Part shown: piece after piece, positions 59,084-64,000 of the stretch
Layout: every line of letters starts with the position of its first letter
Numbering within the stretch: position 1 is the first letter of the stretch
Notes under the pieces: generated by a model
The model's database searches: none
Seen by the model: only the letters and a program-made list of their open reading frames with translations
What the model was told of the DNA's origin: nothing
DNA from: Zygnema circumcarinatum SAG 698-1b
Taxonomy: Eukaryota; Plantae; Zygnematophyceae
Direction of reading: 5' to 3'
DNA length: 64,000 nt
Assembly (NCBI GenBank): GCA_037447605.1
Contig: CM074809.1
Location: forward strand, 920,689-984,688
Translations under genes and position numbers: made by a program

Positions 59084-61279
59084 ATGGGGGGCTGCGTGGG
59101 CGTGCCGGAAGTGAGGCAGGAGACTGCGAGGAAGGGAGAGACGGGCAATGGCGACGAGGGCCATTTTCGAGCCTCGTCGGAGTCCTTCTCCTCCTTCGAT
59201 GGACTGCATTTTGACAGCAGCAGTGGAAAGTCGGGTGACCGGAGCGGGAGTGACAGCTCGTCGGGAAGACGGTCGGGCAACTTTGAGCCGATAGAGAAAT
59301 TGTCATTAAAAGGAGAGATTGTGAAACCTGCTCGGAAAAAGGGGTTGCTGTCGAACGTAAAGACACCTACGAAAAAAAGACATTTTCTCGCGCATGGAGG
59401 ATCAAACAAGAGGAATGGAAGGCGGCACAGTTTGTCGTTAGTGGTTGATGTCAGCGAAAGAGTGAGAATGGGACGAAGGAGGTCGACTAGCGATATTCCC
59501 GTCACCGCGGAGGAAGAAATCAAGAAGAGATTTTCAATGGAAGCGAGAGATGCTCAAAATGCGGTCAGTACGGAGGAGGCAGCCGACAATAGTCCGCAAG
59601 AAACGGTTTCTGCAAAAGGAATTGCAAGGCATGGCCCCAGTCCGTTTGGTAGTAAGAGAACCTTCTCGTGGTACGTCGAAACTAAGGTGGATGTCAAGCC
59701 TTGTGACGATGCTGAAGCTGAAAGCGAGAAGAAATCTGGAGGAACAAATTGTGTAGGCTCGCATGAGAAGGATGTAGCGGAGCCTGCAGCAGTGGAGGAG
59801 TTTTTGCCTCAGGAGAAGACTGTTAGTGATGTAGAGATTCAGCAAGTGGTTGATTGGCACTATCCTCTGGCAGATGTGAAATTGCCGGCAGTGGCGGTTG
59901 AAGCTGAGGCAGGTTCAAGGAGTCAGGTTGTGCTGACAGCAGACAACGAGAGAAAGGGTGCAGGTATGAATACTGAGAACGCGAAGGAGAGGGAGGCTGC
60001 CTCTACAGAGTCGAGAGACGAATTCGCTGGAAGTGTAAGCGGAGATGGGGCAATGCAGAGGCAAACAGTGCAGGGCATGGCTGTTTCGAGAGTGAGCCTG
60101 GGAGAGGTGAAGGAGGATGTTGCTTCAGAGAAGAAGCTTCTGGAGGCCGTAGCTGCACTTAGTCACGCCTCGGAGGAAGATAAGCTTGCAAAGAAAGCAC
60201 TCCTTACAGCTGTCAAGAAAGCACAGGAGGCAGCTGCAGCAGCAGCTGAGATGGATGGGGAGTGGAGGGAGAAGCTGATCCTACAGGGAGCTAGCGCAGA
60301 GGTAGGAAACGGTCGAGTGAATGGAAAGTCGCAAAGGATGAATCCTGCTGATGATGGGATAGTTATTGAAGAGTTTACAGGTGCTGTTTCTAATGGCTCC
60401 AGTTCTCCCAAGGGAGGTCATCTTTCTCCAAAAATGCCTACACATCCTAGAGAATGTTCTCCAATGTCTCCCAGCAGGTATTCTCTTTCAACCATGGGCG
60501 CTCCCATTTCCCCAAGGGCAAGTCCAACATCTCCAAGGGCAGCACCTCCAGCACCAAGTCCGCCGAAACTCAAAAGTCCGCAAAAGCCTCCGAAACCGAG
60601 ACTGCCGATAGCGCTCAACTTTACTGGAAAGTCGTCTGCACAAGGTGCTGCCGACTCGTCATCTACCGGTGACAATCTGCAATTAAAGTTTTGTGAATTC
60701 GTCGATGACCTCGACGACCTCGATGATGACGCGGATGCAATCTTTGATCCGGCTCTCCTCCTGACTTTTGAGGAAGCTTTCCAGCAGTATTCCATAGAAG
60801 ACTGGAGTGCTCCATCGCTCGGTCCTCGGAGACGCTCTCTTGAAGTATGGCAGAGAGCTGTTGCAAAAGCCAAGTCTCTGAAGCTCGCGGAGGAAAGGGC
60901 CTCTGCAGATGCATGTGGGACATCAGGGGCCCCAAATTCCCCAACGACCGTCCTTTCGCCGGCGACCTCCCTGAGCAGCACCCACGAAATTGGGAGCAGC
61001 AGTCCAAGGTCGAAGTACGGCTTGCCGGCCGGCCGCGATGTATGGGCCGCCGAAGGGAGCTCTGCAGAGGAGGGGACGGCTGGGAATGGAGGGGGGAGGA
61101 GGGCAACGGCTGGCAAGGAGGAGGGAGAGGGACGGAGGGCGTCATCAGGAGCTGCTCCGGAGGCGGACATGGCGACTGTGCTGGACAGGTTTTTGAGCAC
61201 CGAGGAGGGGGGCAGCGCCCTCTCGTTCTACGACTCGAGTGTATCTTCATCTCCGGTTTTTGACGGAATCAGTGTTTGA
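59084..61279 (+). CDS. Uncharacterised 731-aa Ser/acidic-rich protein, N-terminus MGGCVG; paralogue B of a divergent pair
   Basis: Long intronless ORF sharing DAIFDPALLLxFEEAFxQYSxEDWS and other motifs with 56203-57924. Confidence 0.8.
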   Translation: MGGCVGVPEVRQETARKGETGNGDEGHFRASSESFSSFDGLHFDSSSGKSGDRSGSDSSSGRRSGNFEPIEKLSLKGEIVKPARKKGLLSNVKTPTKKRHFLAHGGSNKRNGRRHSLSLVVDVSERVRMGRRRSTSDIPVTAEEEIKKRFSMEARDAQNAVSTEEAADNSPQETVSAKGIARHGPSPFGSKRTFSWYVETKVDVKPCDDAEAESEKKSGGTNCVGSHEKDVAEPAAVEEFLPQEKTVSDVEIQQVVDWHYPLADVKLPAVAVEAEAGSRSQVVLTADNERKGAGMNTENAKEREAASTESRDEFAGSVSGDGAMQRQTVQGMAVSRVSLGEVKEDVASEKKLLEAVAALSHASEEDKLAKKALLTAVKKAQEAAAAAAEMDGEWREKLILQGASAEVGNGRVNGKSQRMNPADDGIVIEEFTGAVSNGSSSPKGGHLSPKMPTHPRECSPMSPSRYSLSTMGAPISPRASPTSPRAAPPAPSPPKLKSPQKPPKPRLPIALNFTGKSSAQGAADSSSTGDNLQLKFCEFVDDLDDLDDDADAIFDPALLLTFEEAFQQYSIEDWSAPSLGPRRRSLEVWQRAVAKAKSLKLAEERASADACGTSGAPNSPTTVLSPATSLSSTHEIGSSSPRSKYGLPAGRDVWAAEGSSAEEGTAGNGGGRRATAGKEEGEGRRASSGAAPEADMATVLDRFLSTEEGGSALSFYDSSVSSSPVFDGISV

Positions 61280-62304
61280 GCTAACGCGCTCTTACAAGGT
61301 GGGTTGTGCACTGTTCTGCTCTCCCGCTTTCTCGCCCTCTTCCCCTTCCTCCCATCTCTTTCTCATTCCCTGAACTCCGTCCTTGTGTTTGTGTCGATTG
61401 GCTGAAATTGTTGCCTGTGAGGGCAACGAGTTCGTGAATATGTCTAATCTATAGTTTCTTGATGTACACCTTCTTTCCAAGCCAGGCGTGACATGGTTCA
61501 TGTCCGTGACCTTTCCACTGAAAGCCATTCATTTCTTTGTTCGTTGCAGATCTGCCTCTTGCTGCTTTGTAAATTATACTCGCGAACCTTCTACCACGAA
61601 CGGGAGGACTCTCCCCTATGATACATAAAGTGATAAGCTTTGCAACGGCAACGGCGGTCTTGGCGTGAAGAAGCTTCTTCTTTTGACATCAGATGGTGCT
61701 CCTCTGGTGATGCTCGCCAGGCTCCGTATTGTCGCACTGAGAGACATGTACCGCATCCTCGACAAAGAGGCGGAGGCGGGTGGGGGATGCCCTGCTCATG
61801 GCTCGCTTAAATTTTATTAGAAAAGTTCATCTACGGATAGGAAAGTTTTGCTTTTAGGGAGGTCAAAAGTGCTAGCGTGTTATTTTTTTCATTGCTTTGT
61901 GTGCTCCTGTTTATATTGCTATGCTCTCGCATGCTTAGGCTATTATGTAGCGGCGAATGACGCCCATCCAAGCAGTGGCACGTGTACAGTACGCAGCAGC
62001 AGTGCAAGGCAGAGAGGCAGGGCAGCGCGCGGTAACGAGTTCGTGGTGTGGTGTGCGAGTGTGCTCTTTTCCGCGTAATCCCAAACGTCATTGTCCTTCG
62101 ACCGTGCTGTGCTCTCGTCCATGTTGCCCAACCTCGCTAGCGGTTGATGTGCGCACTTGTGGATGCATCAATTGCATGTTGCAAACAGACGTATCCATCT
62201 CCCCGGACGATAGCTTTTCTGTAATCAATAGTTTTTGCTCATTATTGCCCCTTCCATGCGCTCAAGCCCCTCCAGCATATACACATGCATGCATGCGTGC
62301 CCAC

Positions 62305-62725
<421 letters not shown>

Positions 62726-64000
62726 CATGCCCAGCCGCCGTTCCATGCATGCGCCAGTCCCCAGCGCCGGCCCGCCCCTCCCCGGATCCCTTGCCAGGAC
62801 GGGCCCGCCCCCCGCCTCGGCTCCTGGCCCCTCGCGCGAGCCGCCAGGCCGTACACTCCCACCGACATTTTGTCGGTTTATCCGTACGGCCGCCCGGGCG
62901 CAGCCGCCCGCAGGCAATCGGATTCTGCGGCGGGGCTGGGCGGGCGGAGATTCGCCCCCACCACGTGGCGACCCGGGCCCAGCGAGCGGCTGGAAAGGGC
63001 CGAAAAAGGCGCCCATATCCATTGGGGGGGACCGTGCCTCACCTCCCATTGGCCCAGACCGGATCACTGACGTGGACCTTTGTGGCTTCCGAGGTTGCCT
63101 ACTTGGCAGTCCGTACATCCACGTGGTTATACGTGCGAAAGATCTTTCCGTCCCCCCCGCCCGGTTTCCCTGCCTCGGTTCAGACCACACCTCGGATTCT
63201 TCCACGTCAGGGCACCAGCTGGCGCCATCCTATTGGCCGGCCTTTCCCTAGGAAATATCTCTCCCGCCCGCCCGCTCCCGCGCAGCCGCTTGCGCCGAAT
63301 CTTGGGATCGCGGGCACATCCGTTTCCGAACCTGAACCTGGCCGCCACGCGACGCTCGGACCTACTCGAACCTGAGCCTAGCCGCCTCACGAGGCTCGGA
63401 CACCTTCGAACCGCCGCCTCTGAACCTGACCTCGTGATTGAGGAGATAGTGACGTGACGTGTCCTTGAAGCGCCACGCGGGGCTTATCCTGCCGTACGGC
63501 ATGGCCATCATGCTCCCTCACGCCATGGGCCCATCCATGCCCATGCCGGGCATCCATGCGTCCATGCATGCGGACGCATGGATGGGTCCAGGCCCCAGGG
63601 CCCCGGGACGTGCAGACGCGGCCTGCCCTTGGATTAGAAAGCGAGCGCTGGGCGGGCGGGCGGAGGGAGAGAGTGAAAGGGGCGCCGACAGCCGCCGGGC
63701 GGCTGAGGATTAGAGTGAGCGGATAACAGCAAGGGGAGGGGGGAGGAAGAGGATACATAGGGGGCGCAGCTGCAGGGGAAGCGTACGGCAAAAGAGGTTG
63801 AAGGACACTTGTGCGTTGTAGAGGGAGTGATAAGAGGAACAAGGAGAGGGAAGGAGGAGGTGAAGAGGCTGTGGGTGTGAGAAGATGTGTAAGACAATGG
63901 TTTTCGATCGGGATGGGCTTGACTGTAGGGCTTCGAGCCTGTATGGCTGCGGGGTAGCTTGCGCGCAGGAGAGAGCAGGACTGGCGGGGCTTCGGGCGGG

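Overview
This is eukaryotic nuclear DNA, not prokaryotic: intron-rich genes with GT-AG splice sites, about 50% GC, and very abundant GA/CT microsatellites. The gene set (COV1/LCV, MED16/SFR6, AIPP1/EDM3-like RRM, DDB1, CDPK-related kinase) is streptophyte. An intron-containing MgtE transporter and non-angiosperm-type glycan-modifying enzymes suggest a streptophyte alga, Zygnematophyceae-like; this taxon call is inference. I can support about 13 protein-coding loci plus 2 doubtful ones. In order: COV1-like 3' end (+), MED16 (-), type-II-membrane SAM methyltransferase (+), AIPP1-like (-), AlaX (+), DDB1 (-), intronless CDPK-type kinase (-), hypothetical (-), TruA/PUS1 (-), MgtE (+), hypothetical (+), small conserved protein (-), O-fucosyltransferase-like (+), and a head-to-head pair of paralogous MGxC-starting disordered proteins (-/+). 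Also present are a nested cluster of non-autonomous TIR elements at 14.8-17.8 kb, tandem-repeat-filled DDB1 introns, repeated perfect G-boxes, and GTAC-rich hairpin patches in divergent promoters. I found no rRNA, tRNA or CRISPR array. All family assignments come from recognising motifs by eye; no searches were run.
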